Shown one piece after another: positions 51,162-62,148 of a stretch of DNA of 64,000 bases; position 1 is the stretch's first letter, and each line of letters begins with the position of its first letter. Made by a program: the position numbers and the translations under genes. Location of the stretch: contig JALAGF010006649.1 of assembly GCA_030167865.1 (NCBI GenBank), positions 1 through 64,000 of the forward strand. The letters are read 5' to 3'. The stretch is from Craspedostauros australis. Lineage: Eukaryota. A model generated the notes under the pieces. It ran no database searches. It was not told where the DNA came from and saw only the letters and a list, made by a program, of their open reading frames with translations.

Positions 51162-53777
51162 AATACCACCACTGTCCATTTGCATCAATGCATCATGCTT
51201 GTACTCGAATGACGCATCAGTCTCGTTGCAATAATTCCGCTGCGTCATTAGCATATCCCCGCCTGCGTAAACAAAGACAATTTCAGCAGCGCGCGCATGG
51301 TACCATACTCGTACCACATCTTGGCAGAATCGTGGCTATAGTGTGTTGATTGCAACAATCAACATATGACTACGATTCAGATTGAAGCAGAGGAGTGGCA
51401 AGCAAGCAGCCAGAGGCCTCTTCTTGCGGATGCAGCGGAGTGCACGGGTTCGTATCCCTGCTCCATGCGGATCGCACGAACATTCGAATGGCTACTGATA
51501 TTCTACGTCGATCATACCATAGTCGTAGGCTTTACTCTGCGGAGGACTCGTCGGATGCGTGCGATGTCAGACAAACCATGATCGTAATTACGCTGCGCAG
51601 ATTGTTGCGAACATCGCGAGTGGCGTAAAGGCCCTGTTCTGTTGGTTGGATTGTTCTCTCGCATGACTATCATACTAGCGACGTGCGCTTTGGCGTTGTT
51701 CATTCAGAACGACGAACAACAGAAAGGCTTGCCACTGTCGTTGACAACATTGCCAACGCACACTCGTGATCTGGGTTTTCGGTGTAGTTATTGTCACGGG
51801 ACTCATCACATGTCGCATCGCCGTTTGGATGACTGCACAGACCGAAAGCGCATGCATTATTGAAAGATGTTTGGGCCAAGCACCAAAATGATGCATGCAG
51901 ATTCGTTGCGGAACGCAATACTTGATCGTCGTTTTTTTGGTGGACTTGCGGTTCCGATCTCGGCACGGCAATGAAGGATACGGCAGCTACCACAATTTCG
52001 CGGAATGGTGAAGCGTCGCGCACAGTTTTGCGGCGTACCACTTCGAACGCCACGAACAGTTGCATCTCGTGCGGTACACTTCCGTAGACAACAGCTCAGG
52101 TCGCCCTGTGTTGACTATTCATCGCATCAGGAGGCTTGTTCATTGCTGCATTCGATGTAGGGGATGCTCTCGTCGAACCTGGGACCACCGCATTGCTGCA
52201 AACCACAGACGGAATGCGCCAGTTGACAAGCGACAGAGCAAAGCTCAATACAGCACAACACAGCATGGAACAACACAGCCTGGAAGACGTCTCAGACCAT
52301 GCAGGGAATGCACAGCATTGATGGCATGTGAGCCAAGGTGAACAGTTGCATCAGATCGCCCCTGAGCTGTTGTTTGATGCTCCTCTGTTGGCTGGTGGCA
52401 CTTCGTCTCAAGCTTGCTTTGCTGAGCAATGCTGTTGAGTATTGCACAGAGCAGAGGATAAGCCTTCTTTGGCAGGTGCATTCTCGATCGAAGATCTCTT
52501 CTGTGTCTGTCTGCTCATGTCGCGGATGTGTCTGTGCATGTATGCCGGTAGATGCGGAGGTAGGCACAGGTGTGTATGGTATGGAATGGAATGTATGGTA
52601 CCACACGTCTGCATCTGACCCGAACGAAACACACGACCAACATACTCTCCATCATACGATTGGTCTTTCTATTCGCACGCACCTGGTTGGAGGTACCCTC
52701 TCTGTGACACCTCCACATTCACATTCTCGAGTTGGGAGACAGGACGCGGACAGAGCCCCAATTCTGGGGTTTGTCCGTCTGCTCCACACGGCCTGAAGAC
52801 GGCCCCTCCTTCTATCTCTTTGTCTCCTTGGATCTGCACTCGCACGATACGCTATCGCGGCTCGGCGAAGAGTAGGGTAGAGTAGAGTAGAGTAGAGTAG
52901 GACTTCTTGCGAAGGATATTTGCAGCGAGGTGGTCTTCAACCAAGTGGATCGGCATGGCGCCTGGAGGCGCCCGATCATACCACGAAAGGAACCAAGCTT
53001 GAGCTCCATCCAGCATCATCGCAACTCGTTGCCACTGGGAGTCCCATGATCACATTGAGCCTATCGCGACGTAAGTCGCCCAGGTGTGCAAAAGCGTGCA
53101 AGAGATGGAGCCTGACTGTTACAAACGAATTACGAGCATCCCGCAAACCCAGGCTTAGTAGACTCAGAGCACAAGCAAAGAGAACAGCTCTCTAGCACGC
53201 TCCGGCTCAAATTGCAAATGTGTCTCTGGAGAGAGTATGCTGGATCCTCAATGTATGATGCATGATAGGGTGCAGCTAGAACGTGCCTGTTCGTCGTCTT
53301 TGTCTCTGCAGATTCATCCGTGGGGGTATAGAAGCATTGGCATGATACGACCTACGAGTGGAAGTGGACTCCTCCGCATGCTCCTGTTCTCTGTCTCGCG
53401 GAGTTGCGGAGAAGTTCTGCATGAAGCACCAAATAATGTGTAGAGAGTCGACCAGTTCGACCACGATTCACGATACCATCACCAACAACAAGAAACAACG
53501 TCACAAAAGAGAACACTTCGCCCAACCTCAGCCATCACGCACCACACTTCAAACACAACAACAGAGGCACAACGATCCTGTGGCTGTCTCCCATTCCGCA
53601 TGAGTAGTCATATCCCACGCACCACGCTCGACGAGTGCGACTCGTACTGTCCATACTATTACGATCTGATCACAATAGTAGTGCAGTCTGCTGTCTCCAC
53701 ACGTGACGAATACGAGCTACCGAGGACAGTTACCATTGAAGCATCAGACCCAAGCGTGATTGCAGTTGCGACGATCG

Positions 53778-55466
53778 ATGAACACATTCCAACGCAGCAG
53801 TGCATGGGGTGCTGCGATGCATCGCTTGCTGATCCGCAGCGCATCTGCACAGCCAACGCGCGCCATTCGCAAGGCATCGAATGATGGTGCATCTCTTCCG
53901 ACACGAAAGATGATCGGTTGGCACCAAGCCGTGTCGAACACGCGTGCAAATCGGACGCAGAGTCTCAGGCGTGGAAGAATAGCAACATGCTGTCAGCAGT
54001 GCGCGGGATCATTTGGAAGCCGCGGTTTTGCGGCCTCGAGTTCGTCGTCGCCGTTGTCAGCGGTAGGACCAGGAGTTGGAGCGAGTCCTGGCGCCTGTTC
54101 TGATTCTGATGCCGATTCTGATGCTTCTTCAACGTCATCATCGTCGCAGATGGCATTGACGGAAGACGAGTTGGAAAGGCATGAGCTGGAAGAACATGAG
54201 ATGGAGGAGGAATGCTGGGATGAAATCCCAGAGGACATACAGGCGCTGGTGAAGGAATACGCTGACAAGCCACAGACGACCATCAGCCTCCAGAAATGGC
54301 TGCAGACCGCGAACGGTGAGATGGTCAACGAGACTGGAAAGACGCCGGCGTTGCTGGGGAGGCTGGGTGATCGGTTGCTCAAAGAACGCATCATCATGCA
54401 TCTCGCAGGCTTCCTCAAGGACGAGCTCCCCATCCGGCTGGCGCACCGCATTCAGGATCTTGACAACGTTCCCATGATGCGCGACATGCCGTCGGTCCAA
54501 ACTGTCAAGGGCATCTACATCTCCTCCTTCCTGGAACTCCTGCGATTCTCGCCTTCCCCCACCACCTCCATCCATGTGGAGGCGGAGTTCGCGGAACTTC
54601 TGCAATCGCTCTACTTGAACCACTCCAACGTACTCATACAGATGGCACAAGGGGCGTACGAGCTGCGAGAGCAGGTCCGGCAGGGACAAATCGATGGCAG
54701 CGAGGAGGACGGCGTCGTAACCAATTTCGAGCACATGGAATCCTGCCACCAGTTCTTGGATCGGTTCTACCTCTCCCGCGTCGGCATCCGCGTTCTGGCG
54801 GGACAGTATCTGGCCTTGCGCAGCCAGCTGCTGACGCACTCGTCCGCACCACGTCCGGATCCGTCCCAACTGCCGCCGCGATACGAGGATTACATCGGGA
54901 TGATCTGCCGCACGACGTCACCGCATGAGGTGGTGCAGGTGGCGGCACGCGAAGCCAGCCGCATGTGCTTGCGCAAGTACGGCGACGTGCCGGTGGTCAC
55001 GATCGAGGGGCGCCTGGACATGACGTTCCCCTACATCCCGTCCCACCTGCATTACATCCTGCTGGAGCTGCTGAAGAATGCCATGCGCGCCACGGTGGAG
55101 AATCACACCGGTTTCGACGCCACGAAGCTGCCTCCCGTGACGGTGATCATCGCGGACGGCGACGACAACGAGGACGTGGTCATCAAGATCGCCGATCAAG
55201 GTGGTGGCATCCCGCGGTCGCAGATGGATCAGATCTGGTCCTACCTCTTCACGACGGCCGGCGATTCCGTGCAGTACAACCAGCTGGTGCAGATGGATCA
55301 TTCGCACCAATCGCCCATCGCCGGGTTGGGTTACGGGTTGCCCATCAGCCGAGCGTACGTGCGCTACTTTGGCGGTGAGCTGGACATCGTCAGCATGGAG
55401 GGGTACGGGACGGACGCATTCTGCTACCTCGCGCGCATGGGCTCCAAGGTGCCTCTGCCTGTATAG
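53778..55466 (+). CDS. PDK: Mitochondrial pyruvate dehydrogenase kinase (PDK/BCKDK family), intronless; start at 53778 or 53817
   Basis: FLKDELPIRLAHRIQDL, FLDRFYLSRVGIRVL, N box ELLKNAMRATVE, G1 box DQGGGI, G2 box AGLGYGLPISR, SMEGYGTD. The R/S/A-rich N-terminus resembles a mitochondrial presequence. Confidence 0.93.
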   Translation: MNTFQRSSAWGAAMHRLLIRSASAQPTRAIRKASNDGASLPTRKMIGWHQAVSNTRANRTQSLRRGRIATCCQQCAGSFGSRGFAASSSSSPLSAVGPGVGASPGACSDSDADSDASSTSSSSQMALTEDELERHELEEHEMEEECWDEIPEDIQALVKEYADKPQTTISLQKWLQTANGEMVNETGKTPALLGRLGDRLLKERIIMHLAGFLKDELPIRLAHRIQDLDNVPMMRDMPSVQTVKGIYISSFLELLRFSPSPTTSIHVEAEFAELLQSLYLNHSNVLIQMAQGAYELREQVRQGQIDGSEEDGVVTNFEHMESCHQFLDRFYLSRVGIRVLAGQYLALRSQLLTHSSAPRPDPSQLPPRYEDYIGMICRTTSPHEVVQVAAREASRMCLRKYGDVPVVTIEGRLDMTFPYIPSHLHYILLELLKNAMRATVENHTGFDATKLPPVTVIIADGDDNEDVVIKIADQGGGIPRSQMDQIWSYLFTTAGDSVQYNQLVQMDHSHQSPIAGLGYGLPISRAYVRYFGGELDIVSMEGYGTDAFCYLARMGSKVPLPV

Positions 55467-55753
55467 TGGGAGCCGCGTTACAACATGAGGCTCTTGCAAG
55501 AATACGACTACTACGCGTATAGTAGTATCATAACAAAGCAAGTATTGCAGCACTGAAAAGCTGTAGAATAGAGTAGAGTAGAATTCGTTACACCCATTAT
55601 GACGGAGCAGCTATTGCAGACGTTATCTCCGAGTGCGATGTGATACGCGCACGATTCGGTGAATGGCTTACAAATATTAGCTACCAGTACGAAGAGTACG
55701 TACACTATTTCCTGTTACATGTCGATTACCTGCCTCATGTGGAATCTCTTCCT

Positions 55754-56602
55754 TCAGTAGCGCTTTTCGAAGGACTCGCCCAAGCCATGGAAGACGCTGG
55801 GCGGTTGGAAGAAGGTGAACCACGCGTACCCCAGGGTCAAGGCGATCATGACGACGATCTTGAGGATGCCGAACATCTTTCCCGAGACGACGCCCATGTT
55901 GCTCATGTGCTCGTAGATGACGGCGAAGGTGGAGAAGAGGAAGCAGAGGAAGTATGCCTGGACGAAGGCGCGCTTGATCTCACCCTCGTTGATGTTGCGC
56001 GCGCGCCAGATCATGATGCCCTGCGCCGCGATGAGGCAGCAGTAGAGACGGATGAGGACGCGGGCGACGCCCTCCTCCCTGCGGCTCTCCGTGAGGAAGA
56101 AGAGGGATCCTGCGGATGGGAAGACGTATCCCACCACTCCGATGAAGAGGCTGCATGCCGCGTGGATCGCAAACAGGGTGTCGAGACGCTGGCGCGGGGA
56201 GAGGTAGAAGTTGAGCTGATTCATGATCTGGGCCTGATCGAAGTTGAAGGAGGTGCCAGCACTGTCAGTTCTTCTGCTGCCACCGCCGCCACCGCCGCCA
56301 CCGCCGCCACCATCCGACCGGATGTTGGAGGCAGAGGAGATCGAGGCCGTATCCAGGGAAGAAAACGAATACGAGGGCGCAGCGTAGGAATGGGAGGTGC
56401 CGATCCCACCAGCGGACGATGACGGAGTGTACGCTGGCGTGGGATGCGACTGCTGCTGGTACTGCTGCTGTTGGTAGTGCTGCTGCTGCTGGCTATGGCT
56501 TTGGCCACTGCTCTGGCTGTACTGGCCTCTTTGGTAAGGCTGCTGCTGCGATGGACCGCCCTGCTGTCCGTACTGCTGCGCGTACTGGCCGTTGGAGTAC
56601 AT
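55754..56602 (-). CDS. Four-TM membrane protein, TP53I11/PIG11-like, with Q/Y/S/G-rich N-terminus, 282 aa
   Basis: Four hydrophobic helices. IRLYCCLI.AQGIMIW resembles the TP53I11 IRLYGGAL...LIMW motif. Strong codon bias. Family assignment is less sure than the CDS call. Confidence 0.75.
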   Translation of the reverse strand: MYSNGQYAQQYGQQGGPSQQQPYQRGQYSQSSGQSHSQQQQHYQQQQYQQQSHPTPAYTPSSSAGGIGTSHSYAAPSYSFSSLDTASISSASNIRSDGGGGGGGGGGGSRRTDSAGTSFNFDQAQIMNQLNFYLSPRQRLDTLFAIHAACSLFIGVVGYVFPSAGSLFFLTESRREEGVARVLIRLYCCLIAAQGIMIWRARNINEGEIKRAFVQAYFLCFLFSTFAVIYEHMSNMGVVSGKMFGILKIVVMIALTLGYAWFTFFQPPSVFHGLGESFEKRY

Positions 56603-56642
56603 GATGATTGTCTGTTCGTCTTCTGCCTGTCAGTTGTCTGCG

Positions 56643-56830
56643 ATTGTGGTTATTGTGGTTATTGTGGTTATTGTGGTTGCTGTGGCTGATGTGGTTGCTG
56701 TGGACACCTGCGCTTGGGTGGAGGAGATGCTGAGAACTGAAGGAGCAGATGAAGCACGACCACGCCTGCGTCTCTATCTGCGTTTGTGATTGTGTCTGTG
56801 ATTGTGTCTGTGATTGTGTCTGTGTTTGTG
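56643..56830. repeat. Two short tandem repeats upstream of the membrane-protein gene: (ATTGTGGTT)n at ~56643-56678 and (TGTGATTGTGTC)n at ~56785-56830
   Basis: Read directly. Confidence 0.85.
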
Positions 56831-58980
56831 GAAAGAAGAGTGAAGATGCGCTACGATGCAAGAAGGATGATGCGGAGCAGAAATGAGATGCACGACAGAA
56901 GTTGCCGAGGCCGTGAACAATGGTGGTATTGCTGTGCTTGGTATCGCAATGATCAACCAGCAACAGCACAGGCAGTTGTAGGTATGGTGATGCTTGTGGA
57001 CATGGTGATGTTATCGCTGTTGTCGTTGTTGACCGTTGTTGTTGCAGGAAATCTGAATTTTGAATTCGGATGTGAATCGTGAACAACGATTGCGCGAGTC
57101 GTGAGAAAGCTCACCGATCACATGAGTCGACAAGCGAAGAAGTCGAACTGGTCGATAGTTGTGCACGACTCAACTAACACGTCTCAGCGTTCCTTGTTTT
57201 CGTCGCCATTTCTTGGTTGTTGTTCCAGACGGAAGCTGGATGCACAACGCGAACGGAGGCACTTGCCACTTCCTCTCTCTCTCTGTTCTCTTGTCTTCCT
57301 CAGCGCTCCTCGCTTTGCAGCAAGATGTTGGGGTTTCATCTGCCGCATTCTTTGAGGCGGTGGTAAGGCATCAGGGACGAGGGAACTCGCGCGTCACCAC
57401 CATGATGAGATGATGCGGCATCATCTGCAGCCCCTTTGGAAACGATCGGAGAGTAGAGAGCAGAATGTTCTTTACTTGTGTAACACTCCGATTGCAAGTG
57501 GAAATGTCAGAGATAGAGACACGAGTAGCGAAAGGGACAAGATGGTGCTCCAGGCAATGTGTTCTTGCGAAGTGGAGCACATGATTCCGCCCTTTGACGG
57601 ATGCCGACAGCCGGCAAGAAGAGAGGATGTATTATTCTACAAAGGTGAAGCGAGAGATACACACTCTCTGGCTTGCAATACTCTGGACGTGATGATGCGA
57701 TGGCGACACTGGCGCTGTGCCTATCCGCCATTTGTGATGTTGCAACCAGCTCAGGCCTTCCACAACGAGCACCAAAGATGGTGACGCGTGATGGTTGTTT
57801 GGTTCGGTGGGAAATTCAAATGCCGAAAACGCAAGGCGATGCACGTGTTGTTGTGACCGACACGGACAAGCAATTCGTGGAAATTCTGCGAGATTGTTGT
57901 CGAGAACGTGCATGCGACATGTCGTATGTGACAATTGCACTGGAACACGTGTCACGGCTGTTTAAACGACGACATTTGCAAACAGAACCGTTGGCGCCAA
58001 GACTATCAAAATTGCACGAGTCAACGTAAAATTTCGAAATTTGTAAGGGGCTGGCATTTGCATTTGCCGATGAGAACGGAAACAGGAGAAGGCAAAAGCC
58101 GAGGTGATTCTTGGGAAGGATACATGGCACGCATCCGATAAAGCGAAGGCGCATCAACCAAGAAGGCCGCCAGGAGAGGTATGGACGAGGGCGGCAATAC
58201 TCTGGCACGACCAAGTGTCGATCAGTGGCTGGAACTGTCTGAGGCGAGGGTGCAGACCGCATGACGCGGTTCCACTGAGTCTCGTCGTGGTCGTGGCTCG
58301 TGCCACACGAGCGCGATCGATAGATACGAAGGAGACAACAATCACACGCAGCTCCGAACATCCCCATCAGTGGTCTTCATCGCCATCGCACACGAGGAGA
58401 GACCCTGCGTACTGTCCCACACTCTCTGAGCACCAGTTCGAATTGTGTCGGCCATTCCGTTCATCTGTCCTGTCTCAATTTGAATTGAATTGACGATCGT
58501 GCAAGCGCAAGAGAGCGAGGACCACACAGTCCTCCTAATACAGCACCTTGCAAAGCAACAACAACACACGACACAATAGCAGCAAGATATTGGTATTAGT
58601 ACAAGTGCGGGTCCTGCCACTCCGTTCTGTTCTGTTGTGGACACACCAAACGAGGAGACAACAAGCAGACGGCAAACAAATCAAAGACCGCACCTGCGAA
58701 CAGAAGAGGGACAAGCACAAGCACAAGAGCAAGAGCAGGAGCGGCCTTCTCATTTCTGATTGAACGAAAGGGCGACAACTTCCGTGCGGAACATTTGAGG
58801 CACCAACCAGAAGGTTCCTGTCAACAACAAACGAACGCAGGCAGCAGCGTCAACGGCATCGCCACGATTGCCACAGCTCAGTGCCAGCGCGGACCCTGTT
58901 TGCAAACTCATGTCATACGCAGCAACAGTGTAGAAGCAACCACAGCGTAGAAGCAACCACAGCACAGACAGCACAGCACC

Positions 58981-61026
58981 ATGGTGTTCCGTCGCAAGCA
59001 CCAGCAGCAGCCGGCGAAGCCATGCGTGATCACGGACATGGCAGCTCCAGGACAGCAGCAGAGCGTCGAGGTGGAGTGGAATGGCTACTCCTACGGTCGC
59101 CCCAACGAGAAGCAATACGCAACCAGGTTCCGCACGGAGCTCTCTGCGCTCAAGCAGCGCTTGGAGCAGATCAAGACGCGCAAGCGGGAAACTCAGCCTG
59201 ACCATCCTCCACACCATCAACAGCCTGTTGGACATCGCAGCGGGACATCGCTGGAACACCTGTACGATTCGACAGACTCTCCGTCCTCGCAAATGCAGCA
59301 ACCGATCGATGCGGAGGGACAGAGACACGGGCACACTCACACCCATGCTCACACCCATGTCCATGATGCCCAGGCTCATATTCATGCCCATACGCATGTC
59401 CATGATGCTCAGGCCAGATCGATCCGCAACATCTCGCCACATGACGGCGCTGGCAGTTCGTCCGAATTCCAGATGCCGCCCTCTCCAAAGCGGCTGCATC
59501 ACCATCAACTGCAACAACAAGCTTCAGCGCAAGGTGCCGCTACTCAAATCAGAAATCAACCGCAGATCCCACTGTCATTGATCAAGAGGAAACGCCAGCA
59601 GGAGAACCGGCTCAGGCAAAGAATAGCGCTGCAACGCCAGAAATCGGACAGTTCCTCGGACAGTGTGCAGTCCGTCAAATCAACCGATGTGCAACAGGAT
59701 CTTGAGGACATATCCGGCTCTCCAGATCGCCAAGCTCTCAATGACAATGCCCTCCACGTCCACGCAGATCCGAATCATGCCAATCCACGCAATCATCATT
59801 TGAAGGAAATCTCTCCTCCGCAATCGCATCATCACCATGTCTCGTCCAAGGAAAAGCATCGGTTGGAGCAGGAGCGAATGAACCACTTCTTCCAGTCCAC
59901 CCACGTCGACACCACAAAGCAGGAGCTCAACGATCTTCACAATCAGCAACAACAGCAGCAGAGGGCGATGGAAAGCGATCAGGATGGCATCAAGCAATCG
60001 GTGCCACCATACTACAAAGCCGTGGATGACTCCCCGCTGGGTTGCGCAGGCTGCTGCACGCCAGATAGCCATGACCCCACCAGCGCGTCTTCGTGGCAGA
60101 TGTGGTTGCCCGATCTCAGCCAGCCATTCGTCGCTCGTTCCAACATCATGCTTCCCAGAGTCTCATCGTCACCAGCGGCGTACCAGCAGCAGCAGCAGCA
60201 GCAGAAACAACAATCCAACCAACAACCTGACACTGCTGCAAGAGCTAAACCCAATAGCGCTGTCAGGGATACAGTTCCGCCGGCGCCGTCTTCGATCTCG
60301 ATGAGACGATCGTACACTGCACCCAAGGCGAACAACCGATCGCACAGGTCGCCACCACGCGCGCAATCGAACGCCGATGGACACGCCAACCCAGCAGCGC
60401 CATCTTCGCCACTCTCATCGTTATCCTGCGGGTCTATCAGAGGGACGCCGCCCACGTCGCCGATCAACCCACCTTCGGCACCACACCAGCATTCCGCATC
60501 GTCGCCTCACAAGTCATCCATGTCCTGCGACACGGCCCATGTCACCGACGCCTCCACGGATGCATCCGTCAACTCGTTGTCGCCGCCGATTCCACTGTTG
60601 CGACGTGCGCCTTTCGGCCGATCAAGGGGAGCAGCAGCCAAGTCCGATGCAACCAACGCGAGCGCCAAGACGAACTCAAAGACCAAGTCCAAAACAAAAT
60701 CATCCTTCCGACAGTCACCGCATTCGGAGGAACCAACGCGCAGGAAGTTCTCGTTGCGAAAGTTGCTGCATCGCAATCGCAAGAAACACAACGACGACGA
60801 AGACGATGACATTGATCAGGAGGAATACGAACGCAGCCTCTCGCCTCGCAGACGACCGCGCAAGAGGAATGATACATGGAGGATCCAACCGCAAGTCGAG
60901 ACCACCGCCGAGCAACCAAAGGTGACGGTCGTCGCGGCACCGCACAAGTCGGAGGCCATCATCAACCACATGGAGATGATCTTCTTCGAGAATCATACGG
61001 ATGAGTACTTTGATGTCGTGCAGTGA
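58981..61026 (+). CDS. Hypothetical intrinsically disordered protein, 681 aa, H/Q/S/P-rich
   Basis: Long ORF with ACCATGG start context, an N-terminal coiled coil (RFRTELSALKQRLEQIK), basic clusters and an ordered-looking C-terminus. No family recognised. Confidence 0.75.
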   Translation: MVFRRKHQQQPAKPCVITDMAAPGQQQSVEVEWNGYSYGRPNEKQYATRFRTELSALKQRLEQIKTRKRETQPDHPPHHQQPVGHRSGTSLEHLYDSTDSPSSQMQQPIDAEGQRHGHTHTHAHTHVHDAQAHIHAHTHVHDAQARSIRNISPHDGAGSSSEFQMPPSPKRLHHHQLQQQASAQGAATQIRNQPQIPLSLIKRKRQQENRLRQRIALQRQKSDSSSDSVQSVKSTDVQQDLEDISGSPDRQALNDNALHVHADPNHANPRNHHLKEISPPQSHHHHVSSKEKHRLEQERMNHFFQSTHVDTTKQELNDLHNQQQQQQRAMESDQDGIKQSVPPYYKAVDDSPLGCAGCCTPDSHDPTSASSWQMWLPDLSQPFVARSNIMLPRVSSSPAAYQQQQQQQKQQSNQQPDTAARAKPNSAVRDTVPPAPSSISMRRSYTAPKANNRSHRSPPRAQSNADGHANPAAPSSPLSSLSCGSIRGTPPTSPINPPSAPHQHSASSPHKSSMSCDTAHVTDASTDASVNSLSPPIPLLRRAPFGRSRGAAAKSDATNASAKTNSKTKSKTKSSFRQSPHSEEPTRRKFSLRKLLHRNRKKHNDDEDDDIDQEEYERSLSPRRRPRKRNDTWRIQPQVETTAEQPKVTVVAAPHKSEAIINHMEMIFFENHTDEYFDVVQ

Positions 61027-62148
61027 GCAGTGCGGAACATGATGTGCGTAAGGTGGAATGCGCTGGATGGATATACATGGGAGTTGCACTACTGCATGCA
61101 TGATGGAATGTTATTGGACTGGAGCAAGAGCAAGTGAATGAGCTTGGGAGGGGGAAGAGGGGTTCCAAGCAGATGCGTTGTTCCCGAAGGTCAGGGGATT
61201 TCCAACACTGCTTCTGCTCTAGTGTCATAGCAACAAGGTATCTGCAACATCACAACCAGATGATGGCCATTGATTAGCGTAGAGTACTCTAGCTCGTACT
61301 TGCGCGAGTGTTCTGTTTGGGCAGCCTGCCTCTTGCGTGTCTGTCGGAAGATGGAACACAATTGTTGATGGATTGCATTGTGTGTTGCTCATCAACCATC
61401 GGCTTCCATTTCTCAGAAGACCCGAAATCAGGCCTCTTGGATTCTACGTGATGTTTCGTGAAACATCGCAAGGGTTCTTGTTGCACTTAGGCATGCCACA
61501 GTACGTGTACCAACTCCATCCACCAATGATTCACAACCCATCCATGCGTGAATATGCCGATGATTTGATCGGTTGTCCACGTAAGCGGCTGTCTCTGTTG
61601 TTGCTGAGGAGAAACAGTCGCCGGAACGGATGGTTGCGGAATTTGGTGGAGAGGTCCTTGTTTTGTGAGCGCTTCACTTCGCGGGTTCGTGTCGGAGAGT
61701 ATGACGTCATGAACGATAATTATGAGTTTGTCGCTACGACATATTTTCGTTATGTATGATGTCCGTGCGAATGGAGTTCGAACGAAATGGAAAAGAGGAC
61801 CTCACTGACAAGGCGATTGATTGGCGGGGAGGGTCGTGACAAGCAAAAGGTAACGTCCGAGGTCGGCAAAAGGTTGTCCACAAACGTGATGTTTCACGGT
61901 GATTGCTCGTGCACAAACGCGTTGCAACGCACATTCTGAGAGTTTCTCCCACATCACGCAAACACGCCCACACAAACACGCAACAGTCGAGCGTTTGTGC
62001 ACAAGCTCGCTTCCGATCAGCGTGGTGCCAAACAAGTGCGACCTGCATACTCCTGAATACCCATACAAAACAAGCTTGGGACACAATACTTCCACCTGTC
62101 GCACGCACAGCACATCCTTCCGAATCATTATACATTGTCCATACGAGC

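Noticed and set aside
55640..56422. 260-aa acidic plus-strand ORF (similarly 30975-31913 and 50234-51046)
   Set aside because: Antisense shadows of well-supported genes on the opposite strand.
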